A stretch of DNA of 64,000 bases from assembly GCA_038845975.1 (NCBI GenBank), contig JAWBQF010000013.1, forward strand, positions 1 through 64,000, in the 5' to 3' direction. Shown here piece after piece: positions 1 to 10,136 of the stretch. How positions within the stretch are numbered: position 1 is the first letter of the stretch; each line of letters begins with the position of its first letter. The notes beneath the pieces were generated by a model. The model had not been told where the DNA came from, did no database searches, and was given only the letters and a program-made list of their open reading frames with translations. The position numbers and the translations under genes were made by a program. Origin of the DNA: Candidatus Methanomethylicia archaeon. Its GTDB lineage: Archaea > Thermoproteota > Methanomethylicia > CALHIW01.

Positions 1-233
1 AGGCATTGAGAAGAGATAACGTACAACCATAAGGAATTCAACATACCTAACGGTAATCTTGAAGGGATGACCTACCTTACCACGATTCAAAGCCGTAAGC
101 TCAACATCATAGCCTTCAGAAATTCCAGGCTAAGAAGAAGCTCACCACGCCTAATCAAACACTCATCAACAACCCTCCAATCCATAAACTAAAGATTCAA
201 TAAACCAGAAAATCAAATTAAGCCACAAAGCTC
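1..233 (-). mobile_element. IS5-family (IS903/ISC1058-like) element left end with frameshifted transposase N-terminus, truncated by the window edge
   Basis: Minus strand from ATG at 185 reads MDWRVVDECLIRRGELLLSLEF, then after a frameshift GYDVELTALNRGKVGHPFKITVRYVEFLMVVRYLFSMP. The end sequence GAGCTTTGTGGCT (233-221) resembles IS903-type TIRs. Confidence 0.7.
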
Positions 234-771
234 TAATTGTCTTATTCTTCTACAGATACGCTTGTACCAATGTTTAAACATATAATCTATTCTCATTTGC
301 CTAGGTAAATGTACTTCATAGCTTCTCTCCATTTCGACAACGTAGTTAGGCTTCGGTAACAAAAATACCAAATAGAATCTTCTTCTGCGTTTAAAAGTTC
401 CGTCTCTTTCATATGTTAAATAATCCAATTTCTAACTGCGTCTTCTTTCTCTACATCTAATAGCAAGCCTCCTCGGTTTCAGTCAAATCTAAACCATAAA
501 CATTTTTAATCGTTAAGTATTTATTTCTGATTGATCCAAATCATATCTGTAACTTATTCGTTTAAAACATAGTATAAATCAACTTTTAGAATTGAAGTAC
601 GTAATGATTCAAAATAAAAACCGAATCTTCAACTTTACAGTCTAAGCCAAGCTTACTTAAGCGATAATTCTTCTTGTTTTCTTATTGCTTTACTGATAAC
701 TCCATAAGCCATGAAAGAAGAATGCCGCTAGTGAGAATGAGTTTTATTGAAAGAGAAATTGCCGTTAACTT

Positions 772-838
772 TTTGCCAAATATTTTAAAAAGGTGAATAT
801 TTAAATATAAGCTTTGCCAAATAATAAATAAAGGTGAA
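772..838 (+). promoter_or_regulatory. Promoter with two 26-bp imperfect direct repeats (TTTGCCAAATA-N7-AAGGTGAA) flanking TATA box TTTAAATA; putative autoregulatory operators
   Basis: Repeats at 772-797 and 813-838, period 41 bp. TATA at 800. The second repeat overlaps the GTG start at 834. Confidence 0.6.
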
Positions 839-1553
839 CTTCGTGGAGGACTACTTAAAACGCTTCAATGAAAGGTTAAGGGAAAGATATGCTGGTTGCT
901 TGGTTAAAGTTAAGGATATAGAGAAGACTGAGCCGCACGCTAAGGAATACTTGAGTAAATTAGCTAGAGCAGGATTGGTTGAGAGGGTTAGGTGGGGTTG
1001 GTATTGGGTTCCCGATGATATTAAGGATGCTTGGGATTTCTTTGAAAAGGATAAAGGCTTTAAGATAATTTCATGTCAAACAGCTGCTTCCTTATGGAAC
1101 AATGACTTCATTCATAGGGATGCCTACTCGTTAAAAGTTTCGGATAGGTCTTATGGAAAAGCGTTGGCAGAGTTCGCAAGGAAGAAGGGATGGAGGGTTC
1201 AGGTAGAATACTCAGCTAAGCCAACAAACTATAGAAAAGCTGGAAAGTTATTTGTTGAGGATATGGATGAAACGATAATTGAGTGTATGCAGAGATGGGC
1301 TTTCATGGATGCTTTTGCAATATTATATTCCAATAGAGATGGAATAAAGTTAGAAAAGTTGCTTAAACAAAGTTACTGGAAGAGGATTCGTGGAACAAAG
1401 ATTAGAGTTAGACAAGCCTTAGGGTATGGGTGTCATTTAATCAATAAGTTGACTAGAGAAGAGATGTTTAATGTGAGGAAGCCTAAGTTAAGAGATGAAT
1501 ATGTTAAACGTGAGATAGAGGAAGCTGTGGAAAAAGTGGTTGAACTTGGCTAA
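834..1553 (+). CDS. AbiEi-like antitoxin / wHTH protein of a type IV TA-like pair
   Basis: N-terminal wHTH motif LSKLARAGLVERVRWGWY. Overlaps the downstream nucleotidyltransferase by 14 nt. Confidence 0.7.
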   Translation: MNFVEDYLKRFNERLRERYAGCLVKVKDIEKTEPHAKEYLSKLARAGLVERVRWGWYWVPDDIKDAWDFFEKDKGFKIISCQTAASLWNNDFIHRDAYSLKVSDRSYGKALAEFARKKGWRVQVEYSAKPTNYRKAGKLFVEDMDETIIECMQRWAFMDAFAILYSNRDGIKLEKLLKQSYWKRIRGTKIRVRQALGYGCHLINKLTREEMFNVRKPKLRDEYVKREIEEAVEKVVELG

Positions 1554-2286
1554 ATACGTTGAGATGGTAAGAGCAAGGGAGAAAGAGGTTGCTAATCTAA
1601 TAGAATTTCTGTCTGAGAAGTCAAAAGGTTTTGAGAAGCCTAAACTCATTTTAATAGGAGGATATGATCTAAGAGCCTTCATTCCATTTGTAAGGTCAAC
1701 TAGAGATTGCGATTTTGCGTTAAGGAAAGAAAATTGGCATTTAGATGAGGTGAAGAAATGGCTTGCTGAAGAGTTTTTAATCGAAACCTTTGAAAAGAAA
1801 GACAGTTCTGGATACATGAGATGTATCAAGCTTATAAAAATTGGAAGAAGGCATGTAAGAGTTTCTCTGGATTTTATGGAGGGGGAAGTAACTGGAAGGG
1901 CTGAAAAGGATGTAGTAAAAATAGATGAAATGTTTGTTTTAAACTCATGGAGGACAAAGATCGGGATAGCTGATAGAGAAATAGAAGTGAGGGTTCCAAG
2001 TTATACGGATTATTTAATACTTAAAGTCGTTTCAGGTAGAGTGAGCGATGCTAAGGATATAGCAGCATTAGTATGGAAGAACGGATTACCTGAAAGATTA
2101 GAAGAAAGAGTTAAGGAAATAATACCATATCCGGAAGTGTTTAGAGAGAAGCTTAGAAAATCTATACTGCCGATAATTAAAGATAAAAGATTTCTGCATT
2201 CGTGGAGAGGAACCTTCATGACAACAGAATTTAGTGAAGAAATTAAAGGGCAGATTATACAACAATTATCTAAACTAGATCTTTGA
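1540..2286 (+). CDS. AbiEii/DUF6036-like nucleotidyltransferase
   Basis: Motifs LIGGY, RSTRDCDF and LKVVSGRVSDAKD of the DNA pol-beta-like NTase superfamily. Confidence 0.75.
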   Translation: MNLAKYVEMVRAREKEVANLIEFLSEKSKGFEKPKLILIGGYDLRAFIPFVRSTRDCDFALRKENWHLDEVKKWLAEEFLIETFEKKDSSGYMRCIKLIKIGRRHVRVSLDFMEGEVTGRAEKDVVKIDEMFVLNSWRTKIGIADREIEVRVPSYTDYLILKVVSGRVSDAKDIAALVWKNGLPERLEERVKEIIPYPEVFREKLRKSILPIIKDKRFLHSWRGTFMTTEFSEEIKGQIIQQLSKLDL

Positions 2287-2900
2287 AAGTATGTTTAAAT
2301 ACTTCTCCATCCTCATCATTCTTCCTTCAGGCTGAATAAGCCACGTCATCCAGCAAAGCTCTATAGGCTTGTATCCGCAACTCAAAGCAACTTCCTCGGC
2401 TTTCTTGATAAATTCCATATCATCATTTACAGGCTCCAATCCAGCCTTAACCAAAATCTCATTTATCACTCTCTTAACAATTTTATCTGGCATTACCGTA
2501 TCTATGCCTTCCCATCATCCTCAAGTATTGGAAAGTTATTAAGCCAACTCCTTTAATTCTTCCAATAGGGTCTTCCCTCCAACTTTCAAGTTTCGCGTTT
2601 CTCGCCCAAGTTCTTAGAGCTTTTTTGCCGTCTTCGCTTAGAGTCGTCAAATAAGAAGCGATTTCTTCAGCGATAACCCATGACCTTTTATTTTTCCATA
2701 TCTTTCTTAACTCATTAATGTCAGCTTCAGCAAGTTCTTTAAGATTTTTATCCTCCCATTTTCAACAAACTTCTTGTTAAATTCCTCAACCTTTGGAACA
2801 ACGCTGTAAAATAGTTTAAGCCTATTGAAGTGAAGGATGCATCTATAACCATTAGAACAACGCTCCTTCCCCACCTCTCAGTTCTAAGGCACCTTTCACG
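2275..2900 (-). pseudogene. Frameshifted archaeal protein with helix-hairpin-helix motif (HhH-GPD-like)
   Basis: Across at least 3 frameshifts it reads ERCLRTERWGRSVVLMVIDASFTSIGLNYF...DPIGRIKGVGLITFQYLRMMG..IDTVMPDKIVKRVINEIL. Confidence 0.6.
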
Positions 2901-3003
2901 TTTTTATTTAGGGTTAATAAACGTAATCCTCTTATCTAGATTGCAGTATTAATTAGTGGTTTAGCTGAGGTAAATAGATTATGTTTTAGGTTAATATTAA
3001 GTG

Positions 3004-4167
3004 TTATGTTAATAGGTTTAGTGCTGTTAATGCTAGGGCTTTTGATGCCGTTAATACTTCGTTTAGATCTATCCATTCATCAATGCAGTGGCAGTTTTCA
3101 ATGTTTCCAGGACCGAAGGTTACAGCAGGTATTTTAGCATCATTAATGAAGTTTCTAACATCACATGTGTATGGTGTACCCCATGGTTCAGGCTCTACAC
3201 CAACTTCCCTAAGGCTTCTCGCTAAAGCTTTATATATTTCGGAGTCTATTGGTATTTCTGCTGGTTCTGAAAATTTCATAACTTTAAGATCATAGTTAAA
3301 TTCTGGATCTGAGCTTTTTATACGGTCTAGTATTTCTTTAATCTCTAAGATACAGTTTTCAATTGTTTCACTTGGAATTATTCTTCTATCAATAACTACT
3401 CTACATAGATCTGGTATAATGTTTTCTTTTAAGCCTCCTTGAATAACCGTAACTGAACACTTTGAGTATCCTATTAATCTATGAGTTCTTCTCTTAATTG
3501 CTTCATTGTATGTTTCAATTTCCCTAATGAATTTAGCTGCTTTACTTATAGCATTAATACCTACTTCAGGCTTGCTTGCATGTGCTGCCCTACCTTTAAT
3601 TAATACTTCAAACCATGCAAGACCGTTCTCAGCAGTAGCTATTTTAAGACTTGTAGGCTCAGTAACTATACCCCAATCACCTTTAACTCCTTTATCTATA
3701 AGGATTGACTTAGTTCCAGGCTCGTTTGTTTCTTCACCTGCAGCATAGGTTAATACTAGATCGCCTTTAAGCTTTATGTTAGCCTCCTTAATTGCTTTAG
3801 CAGCTATTGTGAATGCAACTAAGCCTCCCTTCTGGTCTCCTGCACCCCTACCGTATAAGCGATTTCCTACAACAACACCTTCAAATGGATTATATGTCCA
3901 GCTGGAAACATTTCCTTCAGGAACGGTATCTATATGACCGTTAAAAATAAGTTTCGGCCTACCAATTTCACCTCTAAGATATGCGATAACATTGGGGCGA
4001 TTAGGTAAGGCTTCATGAAGTTCAACTTCAAACCCCCAGTTTCTAAGCTGTTCAGTAATAGCTAATGCAAGATTTCTTTCTTCACCTGGAGGATTTCTAC
4101 TAGGAATACTAACCCATTTCCTTAATAAACTAGTTATTTCATCAATACTTATCCTATTTAAAACCAT
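3004..4167 (-). CDS. M20 family metallopeptidase/deacylase (ArgE/DapE-like)
   Basis: FNGHIDTVP, GRGAGDQKGG, GEE, EPT and a C-terminal H-x-x-DE motif. Start uncertain (4167/4188/4209). Confidence 0.9.
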   Translation of the reverse strand: MVLNRISIDEITSLLRKWVSIPSRNPPGEERNLALAITEQLRNWGFEVELHEALPNRPNVIAYLRGEIGRPKLIFNGHIDTVPEGNVSSWTYNPFEGVVVGNRLYGRGAGDQKGGLVAFTIAAKAIKEANIKLKGDLVLTYAAGEETNEPGTKSILIDKGVKGDWGIVTEPTSLKIATAENGLAWFEVLIKGRAAHASKPEVGINAISKAAKFIREIETYNEAIKRRTHRLIGYSKCSVTVIQGGLKENIIPDLCRVVIDRRIIPSETIENCILEIKEILDRIKSSDPEFNYDLKVMKFSEPAEIPIDSEIYKALARSLREVGVEPEPWGTPYTCDVRNFINDAKIPAVTFGPGNIENCHCIDEWIDLNEVLTASKALALTALNLLT

Positions 4168-4365
4168 TTCTTTAAAATTTTTAATCATACGTTTAACTGT
4201 TAAATACATAAAATTAAAGTTAACGGTTAGTTTAAGGGAAACTGTTGAGTTAGCAGTAGTAAACCTTATGGAGCTTATAGCTTGTCAATATCATTTCATC
4301 CAGAAACTTTAGGCTTTCTTGTGGGATTTTATGTAAAACATGTATACTCCATTTTTACTTCAATT

Positions 4366-4563
4366 CTAATAGTAACCTTGAAATACTGCTTTCAATATTG
4401 GAATTTCATTTTTAACAACATCCCAAACTATATCTATATCACTTTCTACTTTCTGCTCCTTTCCTACATGTGATCCAAATAGACCTATCCTTTTAACTCC
4501 AAATCCCTTAATTTTATCCATGTTTTCTATTATTTTCTTCATTATCTCTTCTGAAGTTAACAT
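4366..4563 (-). pseudogene. Collapsed MNT-HEPN (DUF86) toxin-antitoxin remnant
   Basis: MNT N-terminus (IGLFGS...ESDID) joins directly to a DUF86-type C-terminal helix (IVWDVVKNEIPILK). Confidence 0.6.
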
Positions 4564-4843
4564 TTCCTTCCTACTAATAGAATAGCTTCTCAATTTTAAA
4601 TCTTTTCAAGATTATGAAGTTGTTTACAAGTGAATAATACTCTTCATAGCTAGGATTATTGGTTTCAGCTATGTGGCTTCATCATATTAAGTTTTATCTA
4701 TTTCAACCATCATTGTGGACATGTAGTCTACAATTGCTGAGTACATCGTAGTTTCAATATAGTCTTTTAGCTTTCGTAATGGCTTGCTTAAAATCTAAAA
4801 TTTAGATTCACTATTAAACTTCAACATCATTCCAGAATTGAAT

Positions 4844-6031
4844 TTAGGCTTTCTTATTAAGCTGCCTTGTAAAATAATGGTTATTTATGGATTCGTTGAA
4901 TTCCTTTACTCCTATACCTAGCTCAACTTTAAATCCTAGTTTTAAGAGAGCATATTCTATTGCTGATATTGCTGCTATGAGGTCGTTTGGATTTATATTG
5001 CCCATATGTCCAACTCTAAATGTTTTCCCACGTAATGGTCCAAATCCTGGAGATATGAGGATATCTCTTTCAGCAACTAAGTTTCTAAATTTAACATCGT
5101 CAATTCCCTCAGGATAATATAGAGCTGTTACTGTATCCGCTTCATATCCCCTTTCAGCTACAAGCTTAAAGCCTAAAGCCTCCATGGATTTTCTAAAGGC
5201 TTCTCCTAGAATTCTATGTCTCTCAAATCTTTTCTCAATACCTTCATCAAATATTTGATTTAAAGCTTCCCTTAAAGCATATATGAGGTTTATAGGTGGA
5301 GTAGCCCAGTACTTAATATCTAATGGGTTACGCATTATTGGAAGCCATCCCTTAAGATCGCCGTAGAACATGCTGATAGGTGTCTCCCTCCTTTCAAGAT
5401 ATTCTAAAGCTCTTCTACTTAACCCTATAATTGCTAGTCCAGGTGGAGCTGCGAGACACTTCTGGGAGCATGTACATAATACATCAATATTCCAGCTCTC
5501 TGTTCTAACCTCAACACCTCCAAAAGAACATACAGCATCAACAATATAGTATGCTCCACTCTCAGCTACAACTTCACCGATTTCCCTTATAGGTGATTTA
5601 ACAGCTGTTGATGTTTCAATATGAGCTATAGTAACAGCTTTAAAATTATCCTCTTTTAAAGCCTTTTTAACATCTTCAGGCTTAATAGCTGAACCTAAAG
5701 GAGCCTCAAAAACTTTAGGTTTACCACCATGTCTCCTAACAATTTCAGAAAATCTACCTCCAAAAAAACCATTAGTAAAACATAAAACCTTATCACCTGG
5801 CTCAATAATATTTGCAATACTAATTTCCTGTGCAAGAGTACCTGAACCAGTTATAACGAAAACTTCAGAGGATTCTGAAAGCTTCTTTAAGTCGTCTACT
5901 ACGCTTTTAAGAACAGTGTTAAACTCTAAATGTAGATGAGAATCAACTTGTTTACTCATAGCTCTTAAAACACGTGAACTAACCATTGTTGGACCTGGAA
6001 TCAATAGGAGACGATCATCCATACTAACCAT
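4844..6031 (-). CDS. Class V aminotransferase (alanine-glyoxylate/serine-pyruvate family)
   Basis: LLIPGPT, HIETST, DAVCS, SQKCLAAPPG (PLP lysine), FRVGHMG. Confidence 0.92.
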   Translation of the reverse strand: MVSMDDRLLLIPGPTMVSSRVLRAMSKQVDSHLHLEFNTVLKSVVDDLKKLSESSEVFVITGSGTLAQEISIANIIEPGDKVLCFTNGFFGGRFSEIVRRHGGKPKVFEAPLGSAIKPEDVKKALKEDNFKAVTIAHIETSTAVKSPIREIGEVVAESGAYYIVDAVCSFGGVEVRTESWNIDVLCTCSQKCLAAPPGLAIIGLSRRALEYLERRETPISMFYGDLKGWLPIMRNPLDIKYWATPPINLIYALREALNQIFDEGIEKRFERHRILGEAFRKSMEALGFKLVAERGYEADTVTALYYPEGIDDVKFRNLVAERDILISPGFGPLRGKTFRVGHMGNINPNDLIAAISAIEYALLKLGFKVELGIGVKEFNESINNHYFTRQLNKKA

Positions 6032-6395
6032 AACGGTGAATACATGAAGATACTTAAACTTATCGCTTAGCAGACTTTAAGCGGATAGAGCAACCTAACA
6101 TATTATAGCTTCCTTCTTAAACAAGCCTTTACACTACAATAACCTAATAAGATAAAATTAAGTTGCTACATCCTTTTAAGCAGATAGTAAACTGAAATCT
6201 AAGATTTACAGCTTAATTTCGAATTTGTAAATTCAAGTTTACATAAATACGGAATCCTACGATATTGTATGCTTCAAAATACAAGTATTAAGCCGTAGAG
6301 TTTACTTTTTGATTTTAATCTAAGCCTTAACTTATTTGAACAGAGTATATTGTTTATCAGATAGATTTTTATTTATGTTTTTGGTTTGGATGTCT

Positions 6396-7535
6396 ATGAA
6401 GCTCTACGAGTATGAGTCTAAGGAGCTTTTTGCAAGATATTGTGTTAAAACTCCTAGAGGAAGCGTAGCGTTTTCCATAGGGGATGTTTTGAAAGCTATT
6501 GAAGTCTCAGGTTTACCTGCTGTTTTGAAGGCTCAGGTACTTGCTGGCGGTCGCGGTAAGGCTGGAGGAATTGTTAAGATTTCCAGTATTGAGGAAGCTG
6601 TAAGAGAAGCAAATATAATGTTTAAGATGAAGATTAAGAATGAAGCTATTAAGGCAATCTTAGTTGAAGAGGCTGTAAACATTTTAAGAGAACTCTACTT
6701 TAGCATTACTATTGATAGATTTCATAGATCATATCTAGTTCTCTCCAGTATGGAAGGTGGGGTAGATATTGAGGAAGTAGCTGCTAGATCACCTGAGAAA
6801 ATTATAAGGAAGCTTATAGATCCTGTAAAAGGGCTAAGAGACTATGAGGTAAGATCTATTGCGAAGAAACTTAATATACCTCCAAGTCTTCAAACATCAT
6901 TTATGGATATAGCTAGAAACCTATATAGGCTATTTATAGATTATTCAGCTGAACTTGTTGAGGTTAATCCTCTTGTGGTTACTAGTGATGAAAAACTTTT
7001 AGCTCTCGATGCTAAAGTAATAATTGACGATAATGCATTATTTAAACTTCCTGAATTTAGTGGGAAAGCTAAAGAGATAAGAGACTTGTCAGAGACGGAG
7101 TTTAAAGCTAGAATGCTTGGTTTAAACTATGTTGAGCTTGATGGAGATATAGGTATTATAGGGAATGGAGCTGGTTTAACTATGGCTACAATGGATTTAG
7201 TGTATGTTTACGGAGGAAAACCTGCAAACTTTCTTGATGTAGGTGGAGGAGCTAGATCTGAAGTGTTTAGAGAGGGGATTAAACTCATACTTGAACATCC
7301 AAGAGTAAAAGCATTATTTATAAATATATTTGGAGGTATTACGAGATGTGATGAAGTTGCAAGAGGTATTGTAGAGAGTATAAAGAATATAGGAGTATGG
7401 AAGCCTATAGCTGTTAGGCTTGTAGGTACAAATGAGGAGGAGGGGAGGAGAATACTTAGTGAATATGGAATAAATACATTTACAGACGCTGATGAAGCAG
7501 CAAAATACATCATAAATATCTTAAAGAGTGGTTAG
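6396..7535 (+). CDS. sucC: Succinyl-CoA synthetase beta subunit (ADP-forming)
   Basis: MKLYEYE, KAQVLAGGRGKAGG, GNGAGLTMATMD, PANFLDVGGG, NIFGGITRCD. Confidence 0.95.
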   Translation: MKLYEYESKELFARYCVKTPRGSVAFSIGDVLKAIEVSGLPAVLKAQVLAGGRGKAGGIVKISSIEEAVREANIMFKMKIKNEAIKAILVEEAVNILRELYFSITIDRFHRSYLVLSSMEGGVDIEEVAARSPEKIIRKLIDPVKGLRDYEVRSIAKKLNIPPSLQTSFMDIARNLYRLFIDYSAELVEVNPLVVTSDEKLLALDAKVIIDDNALFKLPEFSGKAKEIRDLSETEFKARMLGLNYVELDGDIGIIGNGAGLTMATMDLVYVYGGKPANFLDVGGGARSEVFREGIKLILEHPRVKALFINIFGGITRCDEVARGIVESIKNIGVWKPIAVRLVGTNEEEGRRILSEYGINTFTDADEAAKYIINILKSG

Positions 7536-8408
7536 ATGGCTATTCTAGCTAATAAAAATACATATATAGTTGTTCAAGGAATTACTGGACGTGAAGGAGC
7601 ATTCCATACAAAACTTATGCTTGAATATGGTAGTAAAATTATTGCTGGGGTTTCACCTGGTAAAAGTGGACAGCAAATACATGGAGTACCAGTATATGAT
7701 TCTATTGAGGAGGCTTTAAAGAACCATAGTGAGATAAACACATCAATAATATTTGTACCTGCCCGATATGCTTCTGATGCAGTATATGAAGCTATAGATG
7801 GAGGATTAAAACTTATTGTAGTTATAACTGAAGGAATACCAGTACATGAAACGCTAAAATTCGTAAACTATGCAAAATCTAGAGGAGTACATATAGTAGG
7901 TCCAAACTGTCCAGGTATAATTACACCTGGACAGTGTAAAATAGGAATTCTACCTGTAAAAGCCTTTAAACCTGGAAGGGTAGGTATTGTATCGAGAAGT
8001 GGAACCTTAACGTATGAAATAGCTGAAGCACTAACAAGAAGAGGAGTTGGACAATCAACAGTTTTAGGTATTGGGGGAGATCCTATAACAGGATTAAACT
8101 TTATAGAAGTAGTAGATATGTTTGAAGCAGATAAGGATACAGATATTATCGTAGTAATAGGGGAAATCGGAGGGGACATGGAGGAGAGACTAGCAAAACA
8201 CATAGTAGATAGACAGATTAGAAAACCAATAGTAGCATACATAGCCGGTAGAACAGCACCTCCAGGCAAGAGGATGGGGCATGCTGGAGCAATAATATCG
8301 ATGGGAACAGGATCAGCTGAAAGCAAGATAAAAGCATTAAGAGAAGCGGGAGTAAAAGTAGCTGAAACACCTAAACAAGTAGCTGAACTGGTAGCTGAAT
8401 ACATTTAG
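7536..8408 (+). CDS. sucD: Succinyl-CoA synthetase alpha subunit
   Basis: QGITG, GPNCPG, SRSGTLTYE, GKRMGHAGA (phospho-His). Abuts sucC. Confidence 0.95.
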   Translation: MAILANKNTYIVVQGITGREGAFHTKLMLEYGSKIIAGVSPGKSGQQIHGVPVYDSIEEALKNHSEINTSIIFVPARYASDAVYEAIDGGLKLIVVITEGIPVHETLKFVNYAKSRGVHIVGPNCPGIITPGQCKIGILPVKAFKPGRVGIVSRSGTLTYEIAEALTRRGVGQSTVLGIGGDPITGLNFIEVVDMFEADKDTDIIVVIGEIGGDMEERLAKHIVDRQIRKPIVAYIAGRTAPPGKRMGHAGAIISMGTGSAESKIKALREAGVKVAETPKQVAELVAEYI

Positions 8409-8564
8409 AGTAGTGGAAGTACTGTATCTAGCAATATAATTGACATAAAGTGGGAGTTACTCAGTTTTATGAGTACCCTACAAGTAATTAAAGTTTTGTT
8501 AAGAGATAATCCTATAGGAGTTATAGAAATGAACAATTTCAACCAATTCTAATTATCATGTAGT

Positions 8565-9512
8565 CTAGTGTTCTTTAATCCATCTCTTAGTTTCAATAGC
8601 TATAGCTCTTGCTAAAGGAGGTGGAACAGCTTCACCAATCATGTTATACTGCATCTCCACACTTCCAAGGAATATGTGGGTATCTGGGAAACCCATTAGT
8701 CTTGCATGTTCTCTAGGTGTAAGTAAACGGTTTTCAAACGGATGTATAAATCTTGAATTCCCCATAACTGTTGGTGCTAATCTATATGGGTGAAGCCTAA
8801 TCCAATTTTTATGGATTCCTCTAGCTCCTCTAAAATGTACTAGTGCATCACACCATCTAAGCCTAGCTATTCTTCCCTCTTTTCTATGTGTTACTGGAAC
8901 AAATACATGATTTGGAATTTCAGGATCTAGACTTGGTGCTGGAAGATCCTTAATAGCATCAATGACAACCATAGGCTTTCGACGTTTAGGATTTAACGGT
9001 ATATTGGATATGAATATTCTTCTTCTTATTGATGGAGTACCGTAACGTTCAGCTCTTAAAATATTGAAGTAAACATCCTCATATCCAACCCTTTTAAACT
9101 CCTGTATTAATGATTCTTTAAGCTCTCCATCGATTATCTGTGGAACATTCTCCATTATGAATACTTTAGGCTTAATATCACCAACAATTCTAATAAAATG
9201 GAGAACAAGCTGACCTATAGGATCACTATATAGCCTATCAATCGGGTTCCTCATACGCTTAACATTAGCTTCTGTAAAGGGCTCGCATGGAGGCCCACCA
9301 ATTACAACATCAATATCAGATACAACACTTAAAATGTCTTCAAACCCAATATTCTTAATATCATCATTAACCACATAGGCCTTAGGAAAATTCCTACTAA
9401 AGGTTTCAGCTACAATCTTTAAGCTATCAACACCATATACGATATCAAATCCTTCAAGAGCAAAACCACAACTAAATCCACCAGCTCCGCAGAAAAGATC
9501 TATTACCTTCAT
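8565..9512 (-). CDS. C5-cytosine DNA methyltransferase (orphan)
   Basis: DLFCGAGG, GGPPC, ENV, R-x-R, LTPREHARLMGFPD and GEAVPP motifs. GGTGA lies upstream of ATG 9512. Confidence 0.9.
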   Translation of the reverse strand: MKVIDLFCGAGGFSCGFALEGFDIVYGVDSLKIVAETFSRNFPKAYVVNDDIKNIGFEDILSVVSDIDVVIGGPPCEPFTEANVKRMRNPIDRLYSDPIGQLVLHFIRIVGDIKPKVFIMENVPQIIDGELKESLIQEFKRVGYEDVYFNILRAERYGTPSIRRRIFISNIPLNPKRRKPMVVIDAIKDLPAPSLDPEIPNHVFVPVTHRKEGRIARLRWCDALVHFRGARGIHKNWIRLHPYRLAPTVMGNSRFIHPFENRLLTPREHARLMGFPDTHIFLGSVEMQYNMIGEAVPPPLARAIAIETKRWIKEH

Positions 9513-9816
9513 TAATATCACCATAAGAAATAGTATAGTGGAATTTTAAGCTTTACATAAAACTCATAAAATCAGAATATCTATACTTTAAAGTTTACAG
9601 CTAATATCATTTTAAATTTAGAGCTAAATCAATTATTCTAGTAGTAATTGTCAAGTTACAGTCTATTATAGTAATTAGTTTAGGCTACTTAATAAGTAGT
9701 TATATAGGATAATTCCTAATCCATCATCTCCTAATTAGGAGAGCATAGAGATTCAATTAAGCTCTACTTATAATTTTAGGGATCATAAACAATAGGAAAT
9801 CTAAACATTAAGAATT

Positions 9817-10079
9817 CTACAGCTGTTTAGAGGTTATAATCCTTCCAATATCATCTATATGTTTTCTAACCTTTTCAACTTCTATTTTCAACATTTCAAT
9901 ATCTATAATTCCATTGTAGAACGTTGTTTCATGTAGGTATTTCTCTCTTGCACCATATTTATCTCTAAAGCCAAGTCTTTCAACTTCAGGTATTTTATCC
10001 TCAAGCTCTCTTAATCCTCTCTCAAAAAGTCTCTAGCATCCTCCAACAATATTCTAACCTTTTCAGCCTCTTTCACCAT
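9817..10079 (-). pseudogene. Internally deleted PaREP1-like gene
   Basis: MVKEAEKVRILLEDARDF... then LGFRDKYGAREKYLHETTFYNG...EKVRKHIDDI. Paralogous to 48734-49147 but lacks the middle. Confidence 0.6.
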
Positions 10080-10136
10080 GCAGGCTACCTATACTTACTA
10101 CTTGACTTAACTTATAAATATTTTTAAATCCTATGG

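Noticed and set aside
213-428. 71-aa minus-strand ORF
   Set aside because: TTG start, no recognisable motif, and it runs into the IS end; likely spurious.
6058-6366. Docked TIR motif at the aminotransferase, sucC, dcm, MutS-like, ribK and M20 promoters
   Set aside because: Checked; matches are absent or too weak, so the pattern is not universal and these were excluded.
8458-8475. TACTCA-N6-TGAGTA inverted repeat
   Set aside because: Short, between convergent genes, and single occurrence.
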